NCBI GenBank assembly: GCA_041738395.1
Contig: JBGSPW010000227.1
Coordinates: forward strand, 45,320 to 77,319
Source of the DNA: Thermoflexales bacterium
GTDB taxonomy: Bacteria > Chloroflexota > Anaerolineae > Fen-1058
Length of the DNA: 32,000 nt
Direction: 5' to 3'
Shown: positions 16,959-26,154 of the stretch, one piece after another
How the letters are laid out: the number at the start of each line of letters is the position of its first letter
How positions within the stretch are numbered: the stretch's first letter is position 1
Made by a program: the position numbers and the translations under genes
The notes under the pieces: generated by a model
The model's input: the letters and a program-made list of their open reading frames with translations, nothing else
Databases searched by the model: none
Told to the model about the DNA's origin: nothing

Positions 16959-17438
16959 ATGTCAGCCAACTCACGCACTTGGATTTTGATCGGCCTCATC
17001 GGGTTGATCTTGATCGGCGCCGCACTGATCATATTGCCCTTGCTCACTCCATCGGCAGCGGTACCGTCGACCAGCGTGCCCACCGTTCCACCGCAGCAGC
17101 TCGATCAAGGCCCGGCCCCCGAAGTGCCGCGCGTCAGTGTCGGTGAGGCGTATGCGGCTTACACCGCGAAACAGGCCGTCTTCGTCGATGTCCGCAGTGT
17201 GGGTCAGTATGAGGCCAGTCACGTGACCGGTGCGCTGCCCATGCCGTTGGGCGAATTGGAAAGCTATCTGAGCGAACTCGACAAGGCGCAGTGGATCATC
17301 ACGTACTGCACCTGACCAGCTGAGGAAAGCAGCGCCCGTGCGGCGCAGATTATGCTGGCGAACGGCTTCCAGAAGGTGACACCGCTCAAGGGTGGTTTTC
17401 AAGCGTGGATCGACGCGGGGTATCCGGTAGAGCTGTGA
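16959..17438 (+). CDS. Membrane-anchored single-domain rhodanese (sulfurtransferase) interrupted by an in-frame TGA at 17313-17315 (candidate Sec codon, or a pseudogene)
   Basis: The track ORF 16953..17315 ends at ..WIITYCT*. The same frame continues for 40 codons (PAEESSARAAQIMLANGFQKVTPLKGGFQAWIDAGYPVEL) to a TGA at 17436-17438, which completes the rhodanese fold. I prefer the ATG at 16959, with AGGAG 6 nt upstream. The N-terminus is a TM anchor followed by a Pro-rich linker. Confidence 0.6.
17316..17358 (+). promoter_or_regulatory. Stem-loop immediately 3' of the in-frame TGA (SECIS-compatible geometry, unproven)
   Basis: The lower stem pairs CCAGC (17316-17320) with GCTGG (17354-17358). 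The apical stem pairs GCGCC (17332-17336) with GGCGC (17342-17346), closing a 5-nt loop CGTGC. The apical loop begins 21 nt after the TGA. Confidence 0.25.
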
Positions 17439-17441
17439 ACA

Positions 17442-17501
17442 AGAAACCGGGTTTCTCCAGTCCCAACGTCGTGACGTGTCAGGAGCAGAGAAACCCGGTT
17501 T

Positions 17502-17503
<2 letters not shown>
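17442..17503. repeat. Family C paired palindrome between convergent genes; probable bidirectional terminator
   Basis: agaaaccgggtttctcc at 17442-17458 and gagaaacccggtttct at 17488-17503. It sits between the rhodanese stop (17438) and the GH1 stop (17502-17504). Confidence 0.55.
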
Positions 17504-18851
<1,348 letters not shown>

Positions 18852-18875
18852 CTATTCGAGCCTCGACAATGTCAG

Positions 18876-18985
18876 GTTAGACCGTCATTGTGTTAGACCG
18901 TCATTGCGAGGAGCGCCGTTTGCGACGAAGCAATCTCCGTTCAACCGGGCCTGAGATTGCTTCGCAAACGGCGCTCGCAATGACG
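18876..18985. repeat. Family A long palindrome (about 87-nt hairpin) preceded by a 16-bp tandem duplication
   Basis: The left arm is cgtcattgcgaggagcgccgtttgcgacgaagcaatctc (18899-18937). The loop is 18938-18952. The right arm is gagattgcttcgcaaacggcgctcgcaatgacg (18953-18985), and the arms differ by two 3-nt indels. gttagaccgtcattg occurs twice in tandem (18876-18890 and 18892-18906). Confidence 0.7.
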
Positions 18986-19029
18986 TAAGCCACGGAAACT
19001 AACATTGTTGAGGCACTTACTTCCCGGCT

Positions 19030-19914
19030 TTACAACAACAGCGACGACACCCACTCGCTCAGTCCTTCAATCGTCTGCGGCACGGCCACGTCCCGATAAA
19101 TCTCCCACGTCTCCACGTGCACGCTCGCTTGGCCAGGCTCCAACACACTCAACGGCGCCAGCGTTTCCAGTTCAATGAAGCGATGATTACAGTACAGTTG
19201 GGCGTTGGTGTTGTAATCGGGATGCAGCAACTCCAGTTGCGGATCGAAGCGCTTGAGAAAGAAGGTGCCTTTACGCAAATAGCCCAGCCAGCCGCGCGCC
19301 AGCAGCCCCACTTTGAATTCTTCCTCATCCGGCTGCGCGTCGATCCACACGTAGTCGTCATCGGCAAAGAGCCGCGCATCCTGCCAGGAAGTGTACGGCC
19401 ACAAGACCAACTGCCGATCGGGCCGGTGACGATTGCCGTCCTGCCGGGTGCGCAGCGGTGCGACTGCCAGGCCGCCCAGCGGCAGCTGCGTGATCGACCA
19501 GGCCGCAATCTCGATCGGTTCGGATCGATCGTTGCGCACGGCCTGCCGCAGGGTGAGCGCGGGCCGATCGGGGTGCAGCTGAACCTCGATCGATTTGCTC
19601 ACGCCGGAGCCGATCTCCGTCGGGCGGATCAGCCGCACGCCCGCAGGCAGCTCTTCGACGATCAAGCCGGCGTTGTCCGGCACGTACGATAGTTCCAACG
19701 CTTCCGGCGCTAGCGCCACGCGATGCCCGCCGCGCAAGAAGTATTCGCCGAAGGGCGTGGGCCAGTGCACCTCGGGCACTTCGGCTAGCAAATTTTCCGG
19801 GGAGTCAGCTAAAAACAATCGGACGAGGCGCGGCCCGGCGTCTGCCAGAAAATCCAGCTGCAAGTGATCGTTGGCGATGGAGCGAATGGGCAAACCGTGA
19901 AAGTCAGTCATCAT
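19030..19914 (-). CDS. Hypothetical protein, possibly galactose-mutarotase-like fold (DUF4380-like)
   Basis: 294-aa ORF with core-like GC content. GGHRVALAPE..YVPDN resembles the GGHRLW.APE pattern of mutarotase-like DUF proteins. It lies upstream of the GH1 gene on the same strand. The family call is tentative. Confidence 0.5.
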   Translation of the reverse strand: MMTDFHGLPIRSIANDHLQLDFLADAGPRLVRLFLADSPENLLAEVPEVHWPTPFGEYFLRGGHRVALAPEALELSYVPDNAGLIVEELPAGVRLIRPTEIGSGVSKSIEVQLHPDRPALTLRQAVRNDRSEPIEIAAWSITQLPLGGLAVAPLRTRQDGNRHRPDRQLVLWPYTSWQDARLFADDDYVWIDAQPDEEEFKVGLLARGWLGYLRKGTFFLKRFDPQLELLHPDYNTNAQLYCNHRFIELETLAPLSVLEPGQASVHVETWEIYRDVAVPQTIEGLSEWVSSLLL

Positions 19915-19923
19915 CGTGCTTTA

Positions 19924-20062
19924 ATACTCACTTTCCGATCGGCCAAAAGGGGGTTTTCAGCGTGCCTGAATTCACGTTCAATTCAAGTGCGGCACTGTAC
20001 ATAAGTATTCGCTGCGCTGGAATACGCCAAAAACTCACATTCAGCGAGCGGAAAATGAGTAT
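19924..20062. repeat. Imperfect 18-bp inverted repeats bracketing a low-GC 139-bp spacer at the core/island junction
   Basis: atactcactttccgatcg (19924-19941) matches the reverse complement of cgagcggaaaatgagtat (20045-20062) at 16/18. The right arm abuts and overlaps the stop codon (20062-20064) of the RCK-RyR gene. Confidence 0.4.
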
Positions 20063-21834
20063 CAAGGAACTCGTCCGCTAACACCATTCTCTTGCGGAAT
20101 GATCTGGTAACCGGCTCGACTCAGAAAAGATGGAATGCCGCGGACTGCCGTACGGTTTTTCTCTCTTTCGGCCTCGGGCAGCGCATCCCAGTCCACCAGG
20201 TGGGGATGGGTTCGAGCGGCTAGATCTTTCGGGCCAAGGGCGTAGCGCCAACCGTCGTTCTGCCTGTCCTGGCACCACAGCTGGTGTTCCAGCTGGGCCA
20301 TGCGCTCCAGCTCAGCCAGGGAGAATTCAAGCGCCGGTGAATCCCAACCGATCAGCGGGACCAGAGTATATCCGCCCTCTTTCAAGACCTGATTGATATG
20401 GTCTACCCATTGGTAATTCGCTTTCCGATACTGTTCGTCCAGCTGTGCCCAGGGTTGCATTGAAGGATCAGACGGCACAGCAGTGCCCGTTTTCATCTGC
20501 TGCTGAACATATTCTTCGTGAGCCGCCCGGGCGAGGACATCGTGGGTGGTATCGTTCAGCAGGTCGGGCGTACAGGTGTGATCGAGATACCCGAAAGCGT
20601 ACAGATTCTGGTAGGTTCCCCGGTCATTTTTTCGGTCCCCCAATAGCCGCGCCAGCCCGCTTTGTTCGGCCATGCGGATCACGATCGGAATGCCGCTGTT
20701 TGGCCGCTGGCGCAACAGAACCAATCCGGCATGTAAGCCAAGTGAGTCATTGTCCACACAGATATAAACGTGATCGATCCCCCGTTTGCCTGGAGCCGGG
20801 GAGAGATATGCGCCACTTTCAAACTCGGGAGAATGGATTTCTATCTGGTGCGGAATCAACTCACAGGCCTGTGCCAACTGTGGGTAGCGAATATAGAGCG
20901 ACTCGACCTTTCGCAGCGCGTAACGATCGATGATCGTCACTTGTAAACGACTGGACTTATCCGGTCGTTGGTCCCACCAACTCCGCGCCGTGTGTAACAC
21001 CAGACTTTCGCCCATGCGTCCGAGTCCCACCACCAACAGATGGGGAACAACCCCGGTCTGGACCAACTCATCGCGCCAGGCCGGATGTTCCTGCAACAAC
21101 CGACGCGCCCCACGCTCAAACACATTGAACAGCTCCAGCCGGAAAGGTCCCCCTTCCAAGGTCGCTTCCTGCTCACGCAGTAGCGCACACAGCTGAGGAT
21201 CAGAGACGTGAATCAAACACGGCAACGGCTCAACCCGGCGGTCTCGCACTATCGCCTGGACACTGAGCGCAATTTCGATGTTAAGGCCATCGTTGTCGCA
21301 CACCGCAAACAGGCCGCGCGCACGCTTGACGCCAGCCCGCAACAACAAGGCGGAGGTGGTCGCATCGCCCGGCAGGACAAACAGCCCTAGCGCGTGACAG
21401 GCAGCGATCCAACTGTTCTTCTCATCGCGCTCGATCACCACGACCCTGGCGCCTTTCTTCCGAAACTGCTGGGCCAGCAGAAAGCCCTTGCGGCTGAGAC
21501 CGCAGATGATGATGTGCCCGCGCAGGCGGCGCAGCCGGGCCGCGTCGATCTGCTGGCGAAACAAATCCAGCAGGACTTTCACCACCGCCAGGCCGGTCAG
21601 GAAGGGAACGGCGAAGCGGGCCAGGTTCAGTTCCAGCGGCAGGGGCGGCGTGACCGCGCCAGAATTCATCGGGATCAATTGCAGGGTCAGATAAAACGAA
21701 TCGGCCAGCGAATAGGGCAGCTGATTCCAGGTGGCATACCGGGTAAAGCCCACCAGCCCGGCGGTCAGGGCCAGCATCCAGAGAATCCCTAGGCCGAGCC
21801 ATTGGTATTTTTGCCAGATCTTTAACTTGTGCAT
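20062..21834 (-). CDS. Membrane protein: 2-TM channel-like N-terminus + tandem RCK/TrkA-N Rossmann domains + two C-terminal RyR (ryanodine-receptor) domains
   Basis: 590 aa. The TM helices are WLGLGILWMLALTAGLVGF and FAVPFLTGLAVVKVLLDLF, with a re-entrant-like segment between them (SFYLTLQLIPMNSG, no TVGYG). The Rossmann motifs are HIIICGLSRKGFLLAQQF..VVVIERDE and HLLVVGLGRMGESL. RyR-type repeats occupy the last 160 aa (about 20065-20544): LARAAHEEYV...GGYTLV and AQLEHQLWCQDRQNDGWRYALGPKDLAARTHPHLVDWDALPEAEREKNRTAVRGIPSFLSRAGYQI. Confidence 0.75.
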   Translation of the reverse strand: MHKLKIWQKYQWLGLGILWMLALTAGLVGFTRYATWNQLPYSLADSFYLTLQLIPMNSGAVTPPLPLELNLARFAVPFLTGLAVVKVLLDLFRQQIDAARLRRLRGHIIICGLSRKGFLLAQQFRKKGARVVVIERDEKNSWIAACHALGLFVLPGDATTSALLLRAGVKRARGLFAVCDNDGLNIEIALSVQAIVRDRRVEPLPCLIHVSDPQLCALLREQEATLEGGPFRLELFNVFERGARRLLQEHPAWRDELVQTGVVPHLLVVGLGRMGESLVLHTARSWWDQRPDKSSRLQVTIIDRYALRKVESLYIRYPQLAQACELIPHQIEIHSPEFESGAYLSPAPGKRGIDHVYICVDNDSLGLHAGLVLLRQRPNSGIPIVIRMAEQSGLARLLGDRKNDRGTYQNLYAFGYLDHTCTPDLLNDTTHDVLARAAHEEYVQQQMKTGTAVPSDPSMQPWAQLDEQYRKANYQWVDHINQVLKEGGYTLVPLIGWDSPALEFSLAELERMAQLEHQLWCQDRQNDGWRYALGPKDLAARTHPHLVDWDALPEAEREKNRTAVRGIPSFLSRAGYQIIPQENGVSGRVP

Positions 21835-21889
21835 GCGACGATTTTAGACTCCTTGCCAGGCGGCGTTCAGCCGTTAGTGTGAGAATAGC

Positions 21890-22180
21890 ATGATATACGC
21901 CGCTGTCGAGCGAGAAATGCTATCCTCCGCGCGTGAATTGGAATTCGTGCATGTGCGGATTTCCCCGCACCGGCCCTGTACCAATGGCATCGTCGAGCGC
22001 CTGGTCCGCACCGTGAAAGAGTGGCTCGAAACCCACTCGTGGAGCAGCCCCGAAGACTTGCAGGCGTTGCTGGCCGAGTTCATCACGGACTATAACGACC
22101 GCCCACATCAAGGGGCCGAACTGGACGGATTGTCTCCCAACGAGCTCGCCCGGCGGCTCGCTGGCTGTTCAACATGTTAG
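21890..22180 (+). pseudogene. Truncated DDE (rve-type, IS481/IS3-like) transposase remnant, C-terminal part only
   Basis: The 96-aa ORF contains ..HRPCTNGIVERLVRTVKEWL..FITDYNDRPHQG.., which is the last catalytic-Glu region of the integrase core. The upstream D,D part is missing because the fragment begins 55 nt from the RCK-RyR gene start. I did not identify terminal inverted repeats. Confidence 0.7.
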
Positions 22181-22709
22181 CGAACAATACAATAATCGAT
22201 CAGTTGTTGCAGCACCCACTGCTGGATGGCCGCAAATTATCCCCAGGCAACAGTGGTAGCACCCTCATTGTGTTGGGTGTCGGTCTTATCGCTACGTTGC
22301 TCGTCGTATTGGCTTATGGTCTCAGCTTGCTGTACACACGCCTTTTGCCGTTCGACATCGGCCAGGCGACACTGTTCGCACTGAGCGCCATCATCGCGGT
22401 GACGGCGCTCGTTTGGCGCTGCGCTCACCTTCCACGTCGGTCTGGATGAATCTGGCCGTGCCACGATCGAGCTCGTTGACCAGGCGTGCTATAGCGTCCT
22501 GTCCGGCACGTTGATTGATCTCGGCCATCACGGCGCGCACCAATCGCTTATTTGTGCTTCAGGGTCTCAAGAAGTCGCTGGGCGGTTGTCTCTCATTCCG
22601 ATCAAGAACGAGTCGTGCTTAAGTGTCGCGGGCATATCTGTTGCCTCTTTAGCATAGTTTAAGATCTCTCAAGGTCCGTTTGCCCTTGTGCTTTGTCGGC
22701 CTCTGCTCA

Positions 22710-25700
22710 CTACTTGCTTTCTGGCAATGCTTCGCACGTTTTCCGATACGGCTCATTCCCAAGATACTGCTTCCATTCCGCTCGCGTCAGGTTGCGATTG
22801 GCAATGCGGCATGCGCTTGCTAGCCACGATCTAATATCAAGATCCCACAAGATGACGGCATAAAAATTGGCTGAGGAAGCCAGCCATCTGCCATCAGGGC
22901 TAAAGGCAATGCTGCCTACACCAACCTGACCAAAGAGTGGCGTGGTGAACTGAGCAGGAGATTTGTGATCAGAGATATCCCATAGCGCAATGGCCCCATA
23001 GTCATCCCCACGCGAAGCCAAAGTCTTGCCGTCAGGGCTGAGTGCAATGGGAGCACTGCCGGCAAGCGCCACGCCGAGTTGGACCGGCAACGTCGGTGTA
23101 GAAATATCGTATAAAAGAATGTCGTTGCCGGCTACCAAAATCAATGTCTTGCCGTCGGGGCTCAACAGGATATCAACCAGCGGTCCCTTCAATCCAGATA
23201 GCGACGCATTGAGATACGGGGGATCGGAAATCTTCCACAATTGAACTTTGCTTTGGTTACAGACCATGCCGAAGTCAGCGCACCCACCCACGACTAATAA
23301 CTTACCATCAGGACCAAAGGCGACCTTTGATAATCCGAGTGTATTACTGGAAATCGGCGCACCCAGTTGGATGGGTGATTCAGGGTCGGAAACATCCCAT
23401 AGAACTAGATTGCTAAATGTGGCGAAGTTCATTGTATTCCACCACACCAGTGTCCTCCCGTCCGGACTGAATACAACTTCTGGCCAATCGCCACCGTTGG
23501 GTATCGTGACAGAAAATGGCGTACCAAGTTGAATCGGAGTTCGAGGATTAGAAACATCCCATAGGACTATGACAGCCACTTTTCCGCGTCTGCTCCATGC
23601 CAATATTTTTCTATTGGGGTCTAGAACAATGCTGTCACCGTGTTCAACCCTGAGAGGTTCTTTAGAAAGCAATATATCAAGCTGGACAGGAGTCTGGGAA
23701 TTAGAGACATCCCGGAGGACGATGGCGTTGTCTTTGACGCTCAATGCCAATATCTCGCCATTGGAGCCAAAAGTTATCTTGGAGTCAGAAGGGAGTTCGC
23801 CAACGAGAACGGGCAAGCGAAGGACAGAAACGTCCCACAGGTTTATATGGGCCGTGCTGCCTGACACCAATGTCTTGCCGTCGGGACTGAAAGCAAGATC
23901 TCCTACACGCTCTTCGGGACCGAAAACATGTACAACAGACGAAATAGACAAAGGTGACCGGTAATCGGAAATGTCCAACAAAGCAACGGTGTAGTTGCCG
24001 CCGCCTAAGGCTAGCATCTTCCGACCAGGACTGAAAGCCGCGCCTCCAAAGCCTGAAGGGCCGGAAATTGTTGCACCAAGTCGGGCAGGCGATTTGGGAT
24101 TGGAAATGTTCCACTTGGCAAGAGTGCCGTCACCCCCCACAAGTAATGTCTTACCATCAGTAGCAAAGGCAACAGTTACCACAGGAAATGTATGGGAGAG
24201 TGGGCTGCCGATCGGGATAGGCAAACCGGGGTCGGAGGTATCCCACAGGATAACCGATTTGTCACTACTTCCAGAGGCCAGAATTTTTCCATTGGGACTA
24301 AAGGCAACGCTCGTCACAGCAGCTGCATGTCCAGAAAGGGTGGTGCCGAGAAGAGCTGGTAACACAGGACGAGAAACGTCCCATAAACGAATTTCACCTG
24401 AGCGAGGTTCGTTAGGGCTACCTCCTTCATCAGCTTTTCCTCCGCTGCCAGAGGCCAGCAGCTTGCCATCCGGGCTGAAAGCAACACTTTCTACTGGAGC
24501 AGAATGACCGGTGAGTGGCGCGCCGAGAAGAACCGGCGAAGAAAGATTAGAGACATCCCACAGATAGGTTTGGCCTAGCTTAGGGAAACGAGAGAGATCG
24601 AGTTTCACATTACCGCCTGCGGCCAACAATCTTCCGTCAGGGCTGAAGGCAACATCATAAACCGGTCCAGGAGGGCCGGAAAGTGGTTCACCCAAAGGCT
24701 GGCGACTGACAATATCCCACAACTGAACCTCTCCTTGAGAACAATAGTATTTAACAAAATTTACTGCACACCCTCCTGAAGCCAATGTTCTACCATCGGG
24801 GCTAAAAACAAGGCTATAGACACCGGCTTTATGGCCTGCGAGTGGTGGGGCAAGCTGAACGGGCAACGATGGATTGGAAATATCCCATAGATAGATCTTG
24901 CCCTGGGCACAGCCACCCGCTTGATCATCAAACTCGCTGCAAATGCCCATTGCCAGCATCTTTTCATCGGGACTGAAAGCGAGACCGGACACCTCAAGTC
25001 GCTGCGACGTTCGCTCCGACGCGCTGGATGCGGGAGAGCGCAGAAAGGTTACAAGACGTGGGCTATGCTGTAAGGCGGCCAGCAAACTGCTGCGCGCCTC
25101 GATGGTATCCATCATTCGGTAGGCTTCCGCGCCCAACAGCAAAGCCAAGTCAAGTTCTTTGTCCAAATGCGAAATCGCTTGCACTGATAGTTGGCGAGAG
25201 AGCGCAGTTTTGGCTTGTCGCTGGGCTTCATCGCGTTGTTCCACAGCCCGAGTGCTGGCGGCTTGAGCTGTGGAGGCATTTTGATTTGCGCGAATGGCAT
25301 TCTGGTTGGATTGCAATCCAAAGAAAACCGCAATCATAGCGGCGAGAAGCGCCGCTGCGCCAGCAGCGGTGATAATTCGGTTGCGCGTGCGCAGACGCCT
25401 GGCCGACTGCTGTTGCTCCTGGAGTTTTTCGGCGGCTTCACGGTCAGCTTCCTGCCGGCTGGTCAGCACATACTGACGCTGTAATGGCGTGGGTTGGGGA
25501 GTTCTTTCCACATCGATTCCGGCCAAGCGCTGCTCCGCCTCCAGCAAATCGGTGCCACGCAAAAGAAAACTGGCGTCTCGTGTCTTTTTCTCCCACTCTA
25601 CTGCACGCATCTGCAGCCGGGTATGCACTTTAGTCCATTCCAAGTCGGTCTGAATGGCGACGAGCAGGGTGTCAAACGCCTTCTGATAATCATCCTGCTG

Positions 25701-26036
25701 CTCGCGGAAGAAAATCCAATTGAGCCGGGTGACTGTTTCGGGCGCGGCGCGCGGTTCCACTTCCCGCGGCACAATGGGGATGAGGCGCTTGCCATTCTGT
25801 GCAGCGTGGGCAATCTCTTTGCTGCAAATTTCCGAGCTAATCGAATCGGGGCTGACGACGAACACAAAGGTATTGGCCTGCTCGATGGCCGTATAGACTT
25901 CGGCCAGCCAGTCGGCGCTGGGGGGAATATCCTGCCAGTCAATCCAGGTGTCCAGTTGGCGCTCTTGGAGCAACTGGTGCAAAACGCGGGCAAAGGCAAT
26001 ATCTTTACGAGAGTAGGAGATAAAAACGTCGCTCAT
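22710..26036 (-). CDS. TIR domain / single TM helix / WD40 beta-propeller repeat protein (about 15 blades)
   Basis: 1108 aa. The N-terminal TIR is MSDVFISYSRKD..TFVFVVSPDSISSEICSKEIAHA (Glu74 codon at 25815-25817). A conserved helical module follows (HTRLQMRAVEWEKKTRDASFLLRG..). A basic stretch RRLRTRNR precedes the TM segment IITAAGAAALLAAMIAVFFGL (about 25311-25376). Repeated AFSPDGK/R.LASG..(I/V).LWD blades follow. I found no P-loop. Confidence 0.9.
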   Translation of the reverse strand: MSDVFISYSRKDIAFARVLHQLLQERQLDTWIDWQDIPPSADWLAEVYTAIEQANTFVFVVSPDSISSEICSKEIAHAAQNGKRLIPIVPREVEPRAAPETVTRLNWIFFREQQDDYQKAFDTLLVAIQTDLEWTKVHTRLQMRAVEWEKKTRDASFLLRGTDLLEAEQRLAGIDVERTPQPTPLQRQYVLTSRQEADREAAEKLQEQQQSARRLRTRNRIITAAGAAALLAAMIAVFFGLQSNQNAIRANQNASTAQAASTRAVEQRDEAQRQAKTALSRQLSVQAISHLDKELDLALLLGAEAYRMMDTIEARSSLLAALQHSPRLVTFLRSPASSASERTSQRLEVSGLAFSPDEKMLAMGICSEFDDQAGGCAQGKIYLWDISNPSLPVQLAPPLAGHKAGVYSLVFSPDGRTLASGGCAVNFVKYYCSQGEVQLWDIVSRQPLGEPLSGPPGPVYDVAFSPDGRLLAAGGNVKLDLSRFPKLGQTYLWDVSNLSSPVLLGAPLTGHSAPVESVAFSPDGKLLASGSGGKADEGGSPNEPRSGEIRLWDVSRPVLPALLGTTLSGHAAAVTSVAFSPNGKILASGSSDKSVILWDTSDPGLPIPIGSPLSHTFPVVTVAFATDGKTLLVGGDGTLAKWNISNPKSPARLGATISGPSGFGGAAFSPGRKMLALGGGNYTVALLDISDYRSPLSISSVVHVFGPEERVGDLAFSPDGKTLVSGSTAHINLWDVSVLRLPVLVGELPSDSKITFGSNGEILALSVKDNAIVLRDVSNSQTPVQLDILLSKEPLRVEHGDSIVLDPNRKILAWSRRGKVAVIVLWDVSNPRTPIQLGTPFSVTIPNGGDWPEVVFSPDGRTLVWWNTMNFATFSNLVLWDVSDPESPIQLGAPISSNTLGLSKVAFGPDGKLLVVGGCADFGMVCNQSKVQLWKISDPPYLNASLSGLKGPLVDILLSPDGKTLILVAGNDILLYDISTPTLPVQLGVALAGSAPIALSPDGKTLASRGDDYGAIALWDISDHKSPAQFTTPLFGQVGVGSIAFSPDGRWLASSANFYAVILWDLDIRSWLASACRIANRNLTRAEWKQYLGNEPYRKTCEALPESK

Positions 26037-26154
26037 ATGGTGATTTTCTCGCTATTTTTGCGGCGAATGGCTTATTTCTGGAGCGCAATGCGCTCCAATG
26101 TCGAAATGACGAACATACGGAAAATGCGGGATGTTTGGGCCAGAACAACCTCTC

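Noticed and set aside
16826-17083. An 85-aa minus-strand ORF.
   Set aside because: It spans the MITE-like element and runs antisense to the rhodanese N-terminus. It is most likely an artefact of the repeat.
21550-21834. Calling the N-terminus of the RCK-RyR protein a K+ channel pore.
   Set aside because: The architecture is channel-like (two TM helices plus RCK). The inter-helix segment (LQLIPMNSGAV) lacks a TVGYG-type selectivity filter, so ion specificity, and even pore function, is unproven.
22174-22449. A 91-aa plus-strand ORF with two hydrophobic segments, following the transposase stump.
   Set aside because: It has no RBS and overlaps the remnant's stop. It lies in a scarred, gene-poor stretch and I cannot place it in any family. 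It could be real, but I cannot support it.
22430-22570. A minus-strand 46-aa fragment (..KRLVRAVMAEINQRAGQDAIARLVNELDRGTARFIQTDVEG..) that looks protein-like.
   Set aside because: It is bounded by stops and too short. I cannot assign it to a transposase or antitoxin family by eye. It is probably a gene remnant.
26079-26097. An 8-bp stem / 3-nt loop hairpin (tggagcgc aat gcgctcca) between the two TIR genes, considered as an intrinsic terminator.
   Set aside because: On the transcribed (minus) strand it is followed by GAAATAAG, not a U-tract. It may attenuate transcription, but I cannot call it a terminator.
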